NCBI GenBank assembly: GCA_012295275.1 | Contig: CM022674.1 | Coordinates: 12,152,001-12,216,000 of the forward strand | Reading direction: 5' to 3' | DNA: 64,000 bases | DNA from: Chrysomallon squamiferum | Taxonomy: Eukaryota; Animalia; Mollusca | Shown here: positions 20,131 to 35,740 of the stretch, one piece after another | How the letters are laid out: each line of letters starts with the position of its first letter | Numbering within the stretch: position 1 is the first letter of the stretch | The notes under the pieces: generated by a model | Databases searched by the model: none | The model's input: the letters and a program-made list of their open reading frames with translations, nothing else | What the model was told of the DNA's origin: nothing | Position numbers and translations under genes: made by a program

Positions 20131-21847
20131 AAATGTAAAAGTTTCCAAGTCTCACAAAAATAAATCCCAAATTCGAGGAGGGAAGAAAACAACAACAAAC
20201 AAAACAAAATAAGAAAAATAATAATAAAAGTAAAATTTAAAAAAAAATAAAATAAAATACAAATATAAGGGTGGGGTCTTTAATAAAGCGTTTAATTCAC
20301 AATCTTCATTAATAAAAACAAAGCTGTGAATTAAATGCTTTGTTTTCATTATTAAATAAAATGTTGAAATATATATTTGTTTGTTTATTTCTCTGATTGT
20401 TCTTTCCTTTATTGATTCATATATCACTTATATGCTTATCTTATAACTGTTTATTTTGTTTTACTTAGATAAAAGTTCTAGTCGTGGAAAAGTTGCTACA
20501 AAAAGCTGAAGGAAATCTCTAGAAACTGAAAACACATTGAAATCTAAAGAATCGGAAAATACTCGACTACAGAGACTTCCACAAGAACATTAAAATGTAA
20601 AAATGTTTCCAAGCCTCATAAACATAGATACCAAATTTGACGGAGGGGGATAGAAGGAATAAGCACAAAACAAAAACAAAAACAAAGAAAAGGAAAAAAA
20701 AAGACTAAAAAAAAAACAAAAAGAAAATTATTAACTAAAAGAAGATTGTGAATTAAATGCTTTATTGTTATTATTAAATAAAAAATTTAAAGATATGTTT
20801 GCTTCTTTGTTTATCTGTTTGTTCCATTATTGATTAATCTGCGTATATATTCATCTTAATATTGTTTTTGTTTCGTTTAATACAATGAACTGTTTTGAGG
20901 TAAGAAAAAAACAAGTTTGTTCAGTGTTCCCTCGACAGAGAAATAAGTAGAATCTATAATTGATGAAATGTATATAATTATCTTTGTGTTCAAAATAACT
21001 TTGCAGAGACACAAATATTAGCCCTAATCTTATTATTAATTACTAGTATCAAGATCATCATCATCATCATCTGTATTGTCTGCGTTTATTATTATTATTA
21101 GGTGTCCAAGTACAAAATGACTTTATTGAAAAGGAGAAACTTTAAAATGCACAAGTTTATTTTTTATTATTATTTTATTTTAATTATTTTATTATTATAC
21201 GCAGGTATAAATTCGTGATATTTTTATGTATGGTGTACTGAAATGGATCAGTTGCTGTGTATACGGTATAATAAAATTACATAAAAGTGCAGTAATTTTT
21301 AGTTATATTACAGCTAATAGTATCATGCATAAACTTAAAGTTTGTTTTGTGTTAACACCATTATTATTGTACACTGGTCATTTCAGAATTATCGGATGTA
21401 TGTGTATGTCTGTGTTCAGTATCAATAAAAAACAAAACCAAACAAGAATTTAAATGAATATCTACAAAATGTTTGCGTAATAATAAAAACATATTTTGAA
21501 CTGTATTCTGAATATACACAGCCCATTTAAAAATTATAAATTGTTTTTATTGTATGTTTTTGTTATATTTGTTGTTTTGTACGTTATTTACTAAACCAGT
21601 AGGAACTTTTTAAAAAAACGAAAGAAAAAAAAAACAATAAAAAACGACGGCTATCTTTAATAATGGCTCTTAATTCATCAGTGATTTCGGATATTTCAAA
21701 CACCACACCAGTTAAAACATCACATTGGATATATTCACCAGTTTCGCTTACGAACTACTGTAACATAACGTCCTCTTGATGACGTCATCTGACGTAGGTA
21801 TTTCAGTTAGCAGAAATGGAAAGATAACATTCGTGGCTTCACCATAG

Positions 21848-22260
21848 ATGCTGATGCAGACGTTAATTGTGTTTGTGTTAACAGGTATGTATTTAAATAA
21901 TACCTAATGGACGAGCACTTATTAATGTTTTATTTTTTCGCATATAAATGGCAGTAATATAGTCAAATAAATACTGTAATATCGTTTTCAAGGGTGGAAG
22001 GTCTTAGGACGCAGAAACCAGAGATAAAAACAAAGGCAAAGCAATAAAAAAATCATGTTCAAAACACTTTTAAAATACTTTAAAATTCTCAAATTTGATG
22101 AAATGGCCAGCTCCTCAAAAAACATAAGTTAAATAACATTAAATTATTTGAATATATATTTATATTTATTGTGGTTTTATTTCATAATATTTTTGTAGAA
22201 ACTGCTGTATGAGAAAACTATTATTATAATCTTCTTTTTTCATTATTTTCTTTCCTTTCC

Positions 22261-22291
<31 letters not shown>

Positions 22292-22296
22292 CATAC

Positions 22297-22353
<57 letters not shown>

Positions 22354-23470
22354 ATTACATACATACATACATATTACTGTAAATTTATTTAAATGTAATT
22401 TCAAATATGTTTAATTTATTTGTAAAATAAAAACATACATACATATTACTGTAAATTTATTTAAATGTAATTTCAAATATGTTTTAATTTATTTGTAAAA
22501 TAAAAACATACATACATATATACATGCAGATATACTTATATACACACATATTCGTAATATATACGCCAGGAACAGCACTTGAACGAAAATAAGTATAAAT
22601 AAAACAAGTCTCGTTTTTATTTATTTATTTGTTATATTTAATTTATTATTATTATCTTCATCATCATCTTCATCGTATGATGAGGTAAGTACGCATGCAC
22701 CAAGAGCCCATACAATTACTAATGGCGATTAAATATATCTGAGTGTACATTTACGTCATAGTTAACATTCTGATGACGTAATGTTTTGCTCTCTATAAGT
22801 TCACTTACATTTCTGTTATTATCATATTTGATCCATAAATAGTTATTTCATGATCGTGGTAACTATATACATTTGTATTTAGATTTTTTCTCTCTATATA
22901 ACGAATTTTGTTAATATTATAATTTTTTTGTTTTTGTTTTCTGATGTCGCTGTTTTATATCTATTTGAAAAGTTCGGACGTAAAACAAGGATGTCGCTGT
23001 TTTATATCTATTTGAAAAGTTCGGACGTAAAACAAGGATATAAGCTATTTCCGTATTTATTATTCTTTTTTTTTTTTTTTTTTTTTTTGTTGTTGTTGTT
23101 GTTGTTGTTTGTTTGTTTGTTTGTTTTACTCCACGTCATTATCTTATATACAGGCCAGTTAGAGCTATGAACATATATGTTGTTTTACACGGCAGACCGT
23201 ACAATTATATCAAGCTTTGCAGGAAATAAATATTTATACATTATTGTTTTTGTTTTGTTTTATTCTTCAGTTAACATTTTCATCGCTGTAGTTAAAGGTG
23301 AAGATTGTCAAAAGAAGTACACAGAGGAAGAAGAAAAATGTACTAAAGCTACTGGTCACACTGAGCAGTCCCTGCTCTATCTGACAACTGGTGGTAAAGC
23401 AGGGTCCATTCCGAAAGGAGAATCTGTTCAAAGTTTTAAAACGAAATACTGCACGTAAGACTATGTGTAT

Positions 23471-23552
<82 letters not shown>

Positions 23553-24077
23553 TTATTCCTGTGTTAGTATGCATATGTGTATCTTTGTAAATATGTTTCT
23601 GGATGTATGTCTGTGTGTGAGTATTTATGTGTGTATCTATCTTTCATTCAATCTACCTAATCTCTCTCTCCAAATATGGAGAAATAGACAGATAGAAAAA
23701 AGACAGATACATTCTTGCATACATACATACAGATAGACCGACAAAGAGACAGACATACACACATCCACGGCCAAAAGAAACCATATTTTAAATCATTCTA
23801 GTTGACAAACAACAAAAGATATGCATAAATAACCTACGCTGAAAAAATCAATACGTCAGCGTACTAAAAACACACAAAAAATGACAACATCCGACAGTAA
23901 CGTCAGCTACAAAAATCAAATGTTTTACTTCGTGGACAAAATGTTGAGTATGCGCTGAAACACTCAAGTTGAAAACCAAGTCAGACTGGTAGAGTGTGTA
24001 ACTACCCCTTAATACACGTAACAACTCTCCTTGCGTAGATGACAGTGGTTTGATTAGGTCACGTATATATATATCTA

Positions 24078-24112
<35 letters not shown>

Positions 24113-25627
24113 GTCTGTATGTATTTTGGAAGCTACGTAAATTTATGTTAAAGTATTTATGTTTTAGTTTTCTGAGCATAATAATGTTTGTGTATGAATC
24201 TATTTTTGTACTTCCGTGTAGAGCTCTTTTAATTTTAATTTTTATTTATATACAAATTTTTTACAGTTATTTACTTATCAGCAAAGCCAACTAATACTGA
24301 GATAATCTATTTTCGCCATCTTTCTTTGAACAAAAGGGTTAAATTCGTCATTATTTTGTTCACCAGCACGTCTGAAGCAGTTTTTGAATTGATCACAAAA
24401 TTGATTTTCTACAAAATTACAATACATCTAAGCACACGGAAGAACAAAATATAGATTCTTACACAAAGAAATGGTTTGTATGTTCGTCTGTACAGCTTCT
24501 GACTGTATGTATGTGTGTAAGTCTGTTCACATATACCTTCGTATTACATACTACTACATCATCCGATCTACTTCTATTAATGTATGTATCTACGAATGCA
24601 CGTACATCCTTATTAAACTATCTGTATATGTAAATATGTATGCATGTGTGTATGTATGTGTGTGTATGTGTATGTATGTATGCATGTATTTATGTATGTT
24701 GCTCTTTTGTACACATTTATGTAGGTATATGTTTCTATAAATGTGCATTTGCTATATATATGTTCTTTCTTCTTTTATTTGGAGCTGGTTTGTGCCTTAA
24801 TCTGTTGTTGTTGCTGTTGTTGTTGTTTGTTTGTTTTTGTTTTGTTTTTTACTTTTTATAGAAAAGCTATGATCAATTTATCATCAAACTGCATTAGACG
24901 TGCTGGTGAAGTTATAGAAAATGATGACGAATGTAAACGTTTTATCGGAGATAAAATCAAGAAAGATGTCGAAGACAAATTATCTGAATATAAATTGGCA
25001 TGCACTGCTGGTAAGTAAATAACTGTTACAGTTTATTATATAATTACATATTAAAATTAAATACCTTGATAATATAAAGCAAATGTTTCCCATCTATTCA
25101 TTTTTTTAATTTATACGTTCTTACAAATTTAAAATCAAGCTTCGGTTTGGACGAAAACAAAATTCTTTTAAGCACTGGATAGAACATTCTTATTGCATAA
25201 TATTGTCAGATAAATTTGATCATAAACCGTACATTTAACGCATTTCTTGTCCCTATTGCATTAAATTTGATCCATGTTTCTTTCAAATCAGTCTGGAAGC
25301 TTTAGTGGATGTATTTTCTATTAGTGATTTTGTTTTTCTTCTTTTCTTGACGTATTCTGACTTTCACCATTCGCATAGCTACTCGAACACATAACCGCCT
25401 TCACATCTTTTCTTTCTTTTTATTTTTCAAAGTTTATGGTGAATGGACTGAATGGACAGAACAACGTGGTGAGTGTAATAACACATGTGGTGTTGGTACG
25501 GCTGTTGTCTCGACAACTCGAACATGTAAGAAACTTCCACAGACGGGAATAAAACTAAAACTGTGCCTGGGAAATTCAAACGAAACAAAATATGAATCCT
25601 GTAACACAACAACACAATCTTGTAGAC
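21848..25627 (+). CDS. Gene 4 signal exon 21848-21884 and module 1: A 23271-23454, B 24862-25010, C 25433-25627
   Basis: EDCQKKYTEEEEKC...KYCT/KAMINLSSNC...KLACTA/VYGEWTEWTEQRGECNNTCGVG; intact. Confidence 0.9.
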
Positions 25628-27343
25628 GTAAGTAAAAATTAGCGAATATAGTGATACCTCGAGTTACGAGTGCCCTAACTTACGAGCAGTCGCTTGGTCG
25701 ATTTTTTGCTCTGAGTTGCGAGCAAAAATCCGAGTTACGGGCGAACTTCATCCCATATCTCACTCGTTTACTTCACGTGGTTACCTGGCCGTGGAAGCAT
25801 CTCTGTTGTGTTGTGTTCGCGTTTTTTGCAGTATTTTGCCAATTTCTTTTTTCTAACCATGGATCATAAGAAGGTGGGTGCACAGGACAGTGCTGAGAAG
25901 AAGAAGTGGATGATGTCCATTGAATTAAAAAATGAAATGATTGAAAAATATGAGTGGAGTGAGGTGTGCATGTAGTCGACTTGGGTAGGCAGCACGAGCC
26001 TAGTATCATACTGAAGCACAAGAAGTCGATTAAGACTATAAGTTCAGCTAAAGGCGTTACAATATTTTGTCTGTTCTCCAAGATAAATACACTTCACAAA
26101 AACAATTTATTTCTTTACATTCTCTTTTATTTTTTTATATAATATTTGTTATTTATAAATACATTTTTCTTATTTAAAAATATGTTGTGACGTTACAAAA
26201 AAATGGGGTGGTTTTGGAGGAGTGAGAATGTATTAATGGTATTACAGTTAATTTCAGTTAAGAAAGTTGATTTGATATACGAGCAAATTGAGTTACGAGC
26301 TTGGTCACGGAACTAATTAACCTCGTAAGTCAAGGTACCACTGTATTAGTTTGTCACAAATCATAGAATGTACAATAAAGCAGAGCAAATATACCTTCGT
26401 GATATGAGAACAAACGTAGAAAATGTTCGTTTTTGCCAAAAACAGTTAAAATACGATTTCACACATGCTGAACATGTAGAAAGCAATACTACCTATTCAT
26501 GTCGCTTTGTTACATAGACAGGAATATGGCAGAGTAAACGTATTATATAAAAAGTATAACATGCAGTGATTATTTGAAAGTTTATTGCACAGATTAAAGT
26601 ATCGTAATTATTTCAATAGGAATAATGGAATGCAAACGTAGTATACTTATACCAACATAAATAAGGCACTATAAACCTACCATAACAACTAACATTATAT
26701 TTCAGTCAAAAGTGAATGGTGCAATGCAATTTACACTTCGAAGTTAGACAAATGTATTAAAAGCACTGGCCACACAAAAGAATCAATGGACTTTATGCTC
26801 TCTCGAGGACAAACAGGGTCTATTCCGAAAGAAGAATCAGTTTTAACTTTCAGACAAACATTCTGCACGTAAATATATTTTTGGGTACTTAATACGTTTG
26901 TATGTCTGGATCTATCAGTATATGTAGGCATGCCTGCTTCTGCCTATGCAGTACGTATGTCTCTCTGTATGTGTGTGTGAATGTTTATGTATATACACAC
27001 GTACGTCTTTACCAACCTGTCAAGGTATGCTTGTATGTATATATGTTTTCTTGTAAGTATGTATATATGTTTTATTTATTAGTACTAATTGCTAAGTGCA
27101 TATAATTTCAGGTTGTCTATTATATTGCATAGAGAAGAGATATGTCAACGACAAATATATTAAATAAATTTGTGTTAATAATTATGAATCTGTCTTTATT
27201 ACTATTATTATTATTATTAGTTGTAGTAGTAGTAGTAGTGGTATTTATTTATTATTGATTTATTTATTTATATATGTATTTGTTTGTTTATTTCATTATT
27301 ATTTTTTTATTATATGTTATTTCTTCAGACCCGACGCTTCCTT

Positions 27344-27432
<89 letters not shown>

Positions 27433-30400
27433 TATCATATTCCCGTGGACTTCAAAGAAAACAGCGGAATCTGTGAGTCTGACATATTTTGGCCGCTTGA
27501 TGTAAAATTATCTTAAGCAAATATGCCGTTAATGACATAGATTCCACAACATAACAGTTGAGAAAAGTATCTTTACAAATGCAGCTGCCAAACTCATTAT
27601 AGCATGGTCAAAGTTTCAAGGTCCTCATTCGTGACCTTCGCTCGTTTGTTTTTCTTCAGACCCCACGTTTCTTATTTTTTGTCTGTATATACCAAATTCA
27701 CGCGGACGTGAAAGAAAATTGCGCAAGTTTAAAAACTGTCTTTAGATTATATTCATATGAAAATTATTACTTTAATAAGATTATCAGTAATTAGTATAAA
27801 TAAATGTTTCATATACATCCCAACTTCCTAAATTATCTAACAAAACCTTTGTTGTCATGTTTGTAGTCAAGCTAAGATCAGTTTATCATCAAAGTGTTTT
27901 CGGTATGCTGCTGATGCTATAGAAGCTAATAACAAATGTAATAATTTCATCGGAGATAAAATCAAGAAGGATGTCGAAAATAAATTATCTGAATATAAAC
28001 TGGCATGCTTTGCTGGTAAGTAAAATAAGTGTAAAACTTCCTAATGTAAATAAATATTAAAACTAAAATGTTTCTTTGAGAAGAAAATATACGATCAGAA
28101 ATGTTTCTTATGTATTGATTTGTATTGACGAGCAGCCGTTAAATATTAGATAATAAAATAGTAATGGAAAAAAAAGTTGAATCGAACTGTCTTAGAACCA
28201 TATATTTCACAGTATCGAAACAAACGAAATGAATACGAAATATAACTGTTTCCAAATTCGTTTTGAAGTTAAAATGTATTTGTTAGATGTTTCGAGTTCT
28301 CCTGTGATGTCTGATAGCATAATTACTTTTCCCAGGAGATAGCAAATGTTTCTCATTAGCGTCTGCCCCTCAGTGATTAGTACTAGTCAGCGTGTCACTG
28401 TGGGGAAACAAACAAATATGGTAACTCTGTTTACATTTGTGTCCGACCATGTGTTTCCTTCTTCGCACCATTTAAAGTTTCATTCTTTTTTTTTTCTGAC
28501 AGTTTATGGTGAATGGACTGAATGGACAGAACAACGTGGTGAATGTAATAACACATGTGGTTTTGGTACAGCTGTTGTCTCGACAACTCGAACATGCAAG
28601 AAACTTCCACAGACGCGAAGAATACTAAAACTATGCGTGGGAAATTCAAACAAAACAAAATATGAATCTTGTAACACAGAAACAGAATCTTGTAAACGTA
28701 AGTAATAATCAGCGAAGATTATTTAGCCACAAACCATAGAAACTAGAAGTAAAACTACCTACATCCTATAAAAAGGAATAACATGTAGAAAAAAGTGTTG
28801 TTTTTGTGTTGGAAACGTATATGTACTAATGCACATTCACATACCTATATTAAATAGAAATAAGGCAAAATAATTGATTAAATAAAGAGGTGTAAAACAT
28901 AAAAAACAATCCATCATTATTTCCACAGATTAAACTAGTGTAATTATGTTAACAGAAATAACGGAATCCAAAGGAAGCATTCATATAAAATAGCAATAAC
29001 AAACAATAAACCTAACCTAACTGTGTAAACAGCAACCAAATGTAATCGTACCTTTATTATGTTTCAGTTAAAATTGTGTCGTGTAATTCAATGTACGCTT
29101 CGAAATTAGACAAATGTATTAATAATATTGGCCATACAAAAGAATCAATTGCGTTTATTCTATCACGTGGAGAAAAAGGATCTATTCCAAAAGAAGAATC
29201 TGTTCTAAGTTTCAGACAGAAGTACTGCACGTAAGTTTATATCCGAGTACTTCAACTACATCCGTAGTTATGTATTTATTTGTGTTCTTATATGTTTATC
29301 TATCCTTGTATTTGTGCATGTTTGTTTTTATTTATGCAACCTTATGCAACCTTATAGTTATATCAGGTATTGAGTTAATTTATTTATATTGGTTTCTGTT
29401 TTCTTTTTCTGATTTTCTTTTAATTATTTTATTCTTTTTTTTTTTTTTTTTGGTGGGGGATTTCTTTGTTGTTGTTCGTTTTTTTTTTTTTTTTTTTTTT
29501 CTTTTTCTTTTTTTTTTCTTTTTCTTTTGTTTGTTTCTTTTTCTTTCTTTTCTTCTGAGTATAAGCTGTGTAGGAACGATTGTTTTTCTTACTTCTTTAA
29601 ACCTGTGTAATAAATTTTATAGAAAAGCTAAGATCAATTCATCATCAAACTGTTTTCGGTCGGCTGGTAATGATATAGAAAGTAATGACGAATGTAAACG
29701 TTTCATCGGAGATAAAATCAAGAAAGATGTTGAAAATAAATTATCTGAATATAAATTGGCATGCTTAGCTGGTAAGTAAATAAGTGTAAAACTTTCTGAT
29801 GTAAATAAATATTAGAATTAAAAGTCTCATTGAGATGAAAATATACGATCAAAAACGTTTCTTATCTATTGATTTTGTACCTAATTGACAATGCCATTCA
29901 AATGAACAGCCGATAAATATTTGATAATCACATAGTAATGGAAGAACAGACGATTAGAACAAAGTTGAATGGAACTGTCTTAGAACCATATTTTTCACAA
30001 TATCGAAAGATACGAAACGAATACGAAAGATAACTGTTTACAAGTCGTTTGGAAGTTAAAATGTACGTGTTAGACGTTTCGATTTTTTCTATGATGTCTG
30101 CTAGTGTAATTACGTTTCCCAGGATACACCAAACCGTTTCTCATTAGCATCTGCCCCTCAGTGATAAGTACTAGCAGGCGTGGGGAAACACACATGGTAA
30201 CTCTGTTTACATTTGTGTCCGATCATTTTCCTTCTTCGCTCCATTTAATGTTTCATTCCAGTGACGCAATGCGTTTTGCATAGTGTAGGATTTAGACTTG
30301 AACTTATAATAACTAAATATGTACGACGGATCCTTCTCAATAACAATGAACTGATTTTCATGCATGATAATTTCCACTACTAAAGGTAACTGAAACTAAA

Positions 30401-33284
30401 TGACATATTTTTCATCAAACATATATTTTTTATGCATTGTAAATGACTAGTTCATTAGATTCGATCTACTTTCCTTTTGATGTCTGTCCAGTCGCTTTTT
30501 CGTATGGGTTTTTGTGTATTAAGAAACAAACAAAAACAAAAACAACATCAACCTTCATGACAAAAACAAAAGAGTATTTTCGCAGTATCCTTTGCCATAT
30601 GTTCTAAGTTCATTTGGATTCCCGTTTCTACAATCATCACTTTTACAAACAATCAGTTTTGTTTTCTTCTGCCTTGACTTCGTTAGTAACGAATTTAGCT
30701 TTCATACAATATTTGATTTTCTCTTTTTTTTCTCTGAAAGTTTACGGTGAATGGACTGAATGGACAGAACACCACGGTAAGTGTAATAATACATGTGGAG
30801 CTGGTATCGCTGTTGTATCGACAAGTCGAACATGTAACAAACTTCCACAGACTGGAAGAAAATTAAAACTATGTGTGGGAAATTCAAACGAAACAAAATA
30901 TGAATCCTGTAACACAGAAACGGAATCTTGTAAATGTAAGTAATAATTAGCGAAGATTATTTAGCCACAAACCATAGAAACTAGAGCAAAACTACCTACA
31001 TCCTATAAAAAGGAATAACATGTAGAAAAAAGTGTTGTTATTGTGTTGGAAACGTATATGTACTAATGCACATTCACATACCTATATTAAATAGAAATAA
31101 GGCAAAATAACTGATTAAATAAAGAGGTGTAAAACATAGTAAACATTCCATCGTTATTTCCAGAGATTAAACTAGTGCAATTATGTTAACAGAAATAACG
31201 GAATCCAAAGGTAGCATTCATATAAAATAGCAATAACAAACAATAAACCTAACCTAACTGTGTAAACAGCAACCAAATGTAATCGTACCTTTATTATGTT
31301 TCAGTTAAAATTGTGTCGTGTAATGCAATGTACGCTACGAAATTAGACAAATGTATTAATAATACTGGCCATACAAAAGAATCAATTGCGTTTATTCTAT
31401 CACGTGGACAAAAAGGATCTATTCCAACAGAAGAATCTGTTTTAAGTTTCAGACAGAAGTACTGCACGTAAGTTTATATCCAAGTACTTCAACTACGTCC
31501 ATAGTAATGTATTCATTTTGTGTTCGTATATGTTTATATGTCCGTCTATTTATGTATGTTTATAAGTGTGCAAATATGTATATATTCATATATTTTGTAT
31601 CTTGGTATCTACGAAACTATATACGTCGTTATATGAGGTAGTGAGTGAGTTTATTTATATTGGTTTGTTTTCATCTTTTTTATTTTCCTTCTGTGTATAA
31701 GTCATGTATGAACCCTTTTTATTCTATGTTGTGAAAACCTGTATTATAATTTTTTTAGTAAAGATAAAATCAGTTTATCATCAAATTGTTTTCGGTCTGC
31801 TGCTGACGTTATAGAAGGTAATGACGAATGTAAACGTTTAATCGGAGATAAAATCAAGAAGGATGTCGGAAAAAATGTATCTGAATATAAACTTGCATGC
31901 TTTACAGGTAAGTAAATAAGTGTAACAATTTATTATGTAAATTAATATTTCAATTAAAACAGTTCGTTGAGAGGAAGTTAAACGATCACAAATGTTCTTT
32001 ACTGATTGATTGTGTACTTAGTTGATAAGACCGGGCAAACAACCGGTAAATATAATCATTTAAGAAAAAAATACTGCAACAGAGTAGAATCCAGCTGTAT
32101 TAGAATATTCGACAACAAACCGAATTCCAAAGAAAACTGTTTTCGGATTCCTTTCTAAGACAAAATGTACACAATGTAAAGAACAGTCACCAGCTTTGCT
32201 TTCTTACCAGATGTGATGGAACCAAATCTTCCTTGTTATATCACCACTTCGTGGGGATTTTGCAGTGTGGTCCATCTGTGTTATAGAAAAACGTTCTTGT
32301 CCATGACAGTAGTAAGACTGTCGCAGAATTGGTTAGTGACAGGTCAGTTTAAAGTGAAAGCTCACGCAAAAGATGTTTCTAGAGTTTTCGAGTGACCAGG
32401 TGAAGACTCGATATAAACACAGACACTACAAGATTTTCCATTCCTCACCCAGTGTCCTGGTATTTCAAGCTTATATCCTGATGTTAATGCAACAGTTCGC
32501 TTTTTGCTTCCTCGTCCTACCTCTACAGAGTACACTTTAACACATCCTCGGGGGTTCTTTCTGTGGTAGTCTTGCGTTTGTAGTGCCGCATTTTGACATA
32601 AAGGTATGAATGAATTTATTATATTAGAGTCATATAACCAATAAAACTCAACTTACGTTTTTTTGGAGTACCTTACCTTTTTCCAAAGTATACAGTGATA
32701 ACACATTAGTATAGGGTATAAACACTGATGCATTGGGGTCCAGTTTAATAAGCAATTATTTTAGCTTTTCCAGTAGGATTCACTCTACTTAAAAAAAATA
32801 TATAAAAAAAAAAATTACTTTTCTTCTCAGCAATTTCTATCTGTATAAAAATGATACATAACAAAAAAAAATAATAATATAATAAAATAAAATAAAGTTT
32901 ACCCCACTCTCCCCCAAAGTGAGCTTTTCAATGAGACGATTCATATTTTCCATTCAGCAAACAAAATGTATTCTTATAGGCACAGGATTAAATATCCTTA
33001 CTAAAACTATTGCTGTTCTACTGCACCAAACGTTTGTCGTTAAGCATATATTTTAAACATCTCATTAGAATTGATCTATGTTCCATCGAAGCCAGTATTT
33101 TCGCTTTTTATATGTAATTGCTATTAATAAATATGCTTCGATGTCTTCTTCATATTTTCTCAATGAGTCCTATCTTTAACCATTCGCTTAGCTACCTCGA
33201 AGTGTATTTTTAAATTTATTTTAGTTTTTTTATTATTTCTTTCTTTGATTTATGATTATTATTGTTGTTGCTATTGTTGTTGTT

Positions 33285-33359
<75 letters not shown>

Positions 33360-34769
33360 TTGATGGTTTTGTTTCTCCTTGGCTTCTTTAGTAAAGAATA
33401 GTTTCCATTCAACATCAGAAATAAATTATCTTATTTCATTTTTTTTCTCTCTTTTCTTTTTCTTCCAAGTTTATGGTGAATGGACTACATGGACAGAACA
33501 ACGTGGTGAGTGTAATAATACATGTGGTGTTGGCATCGCTGTTGTTACGACAACTCGAACATGCAAGAAACTTCCACAGACCGGAAGGAAACTACAACTA
33601 TGTGTGGGAAATTCACTCGAAACAGAATATGAATCCTGTAACACAACAACACAATCTTGTAAATGTAAGTAATAATTAGAGAACATTAGTTAGCCATAAA
33701 CCATAGAAAATAGAATAAAGCAGAGTAATTAAACCTTATGATACAAAGAGGAATCAAATCGTTATTGAAAGATACAGTAAAAATATAACGGGGTGGTGCA
33801 TGCTTAAGGTGCAGGAAGTGATATTATATAAACAAGAATAAGGCAAAGTAAATGTATTATATAAAGACAAATAATATGCAGCAAATGTTCCATCATTATT
33901 TCATACTTAATTCCATAGATTTATTACCATCTTTATGATAATAGGAATAAAGGAATGCAAACATTGCATTATTATAAAAACAACACAAATAAACCTACCA
34001 TAACTTTCTAAGCAAAATCCAGTCGTAAACGTATCATTACTATGTTTCAGTTAAAACTGACTGGTGTAATGCAATGTACCATTCGAACTCACTAAAATGT
34101 GTGAATGGTACAGGCCACACCATAAAAACAATTACCTTTATGGTATCTCGTGGCCAAAAAGGACATATACCGAAAGAAGAATCTATTGCAACGTTTAGAG
34201 AAAAGTACTGCACGTAAATATATTTCTGATTGTTACCTCCTATATGTATATATACATTTATTTATTTAAATATGCACTCTACGTTTTTATCAACCTATTA
34301 ATGTTTGGAGATATGTATGGATTCCTGTAAATATGTATGTGCGTAATAATGTCTTTATCTGTGTGCATCCGTATGTAGATCTCTGTGTATGAATGTAGAA
34401 AGTATGTGTGTGTGTGTGTGTGTGGGGTGCGCGCGTGCTAGACTTTCCGTGTCAAATCACCGAAAACATTCAGAATGTTAAACGACCGATTTTGTTGAAA
34501 ATTTATATTTAAGGTAATTTATCACTATAGATATTCAATTTTCCACTGTTAGCATGATCGGACAAGGGGTTTCTGAGATACGACGAAATTTGTATAATGG
34601 TCCAAAGCAAAGACAATTTTGGGCACTGGAGTCTCACCGACTACATCAATCCGAGTGACGAATTAATCGATGTCGAGTACGTTTGGTGACCATCCCTGAA
34701 TCGAAGGAAGATTTCATAGAAAACAAATGTTCATAATGATCTAACATAGGTGCACAGCCAAATCCCAAA

Positions 34770-34804
<35 letters not shown>

Positions 34805-35699
34805 GAATGAACTAAAAACTTCATGACGCCAGTCGAAGAAAATCAAATTACAGAGAGATTTTACTGAAAACGATTCCACATATTTCAAGATAAAATTTAA
34901 AGATTTCATTAAGACAATAAACAGGCGACCTTTCTCCCACTATATATTCTACAAACGACGGAACTATCACAAACCTCATTATCAGAATACGTGTTTTGTT
35001 TGACTGCAAAGATCATTCCACAATAACAGTTTCTGACATAATGAGAAAGATTTAGGACTAACAGCCAAATGGAACTTCTTTGCCACTTCCAGGTAGAAAA
35101 AAAAAAAGAAAAAAAAGAACGAAACATAATGAACAAACATTCCTTAATCTGTTGTCTTTCTGAGGTGATGAAAGTTCAGATGTTGGTATGCATTTAACTT
35201 CATGCATCCAGAGGATCAGAAAGACAGTTTCACTGACCACCTAGAAGAGATATGTTTTGGATTCCTAAAGTTGATATCCTGTGCAGTCTAGGAAAACCAT
35301 AAGAACATTATTCTCATCAAGGAATTACTGCATCACCAAAAATGATGTATCAAGGATTTGTGATTCTGCCAAAACTGGGTCATTGAAACATTTATAGAAC
35401 ACTGGTCTAACTGAAGAGTGACCACCACTGGACGTAAGGTCACATAATTTCTAGGTGAAATATATAATTTCACTTTTGGAATCCGTGATGAATGATCTTT
35501 TAGTCAGTCAAACTTTCCAAACCGCTTGTCCGATCATTCCAAAAACACAATTAACAGATCGGTTTCCCTAAATACTAATTCAAATTCATAGCCAAATCAG
35601 AAGCGATGACGTTTTATCCATTGGGTGATTTCACGTGAAATGACCCATGTATGTAGGTATTCATTTAGTTATATTCGTATACATGTAAACCAATACGTT

Positions 35700-35740
<41 letters not shown>

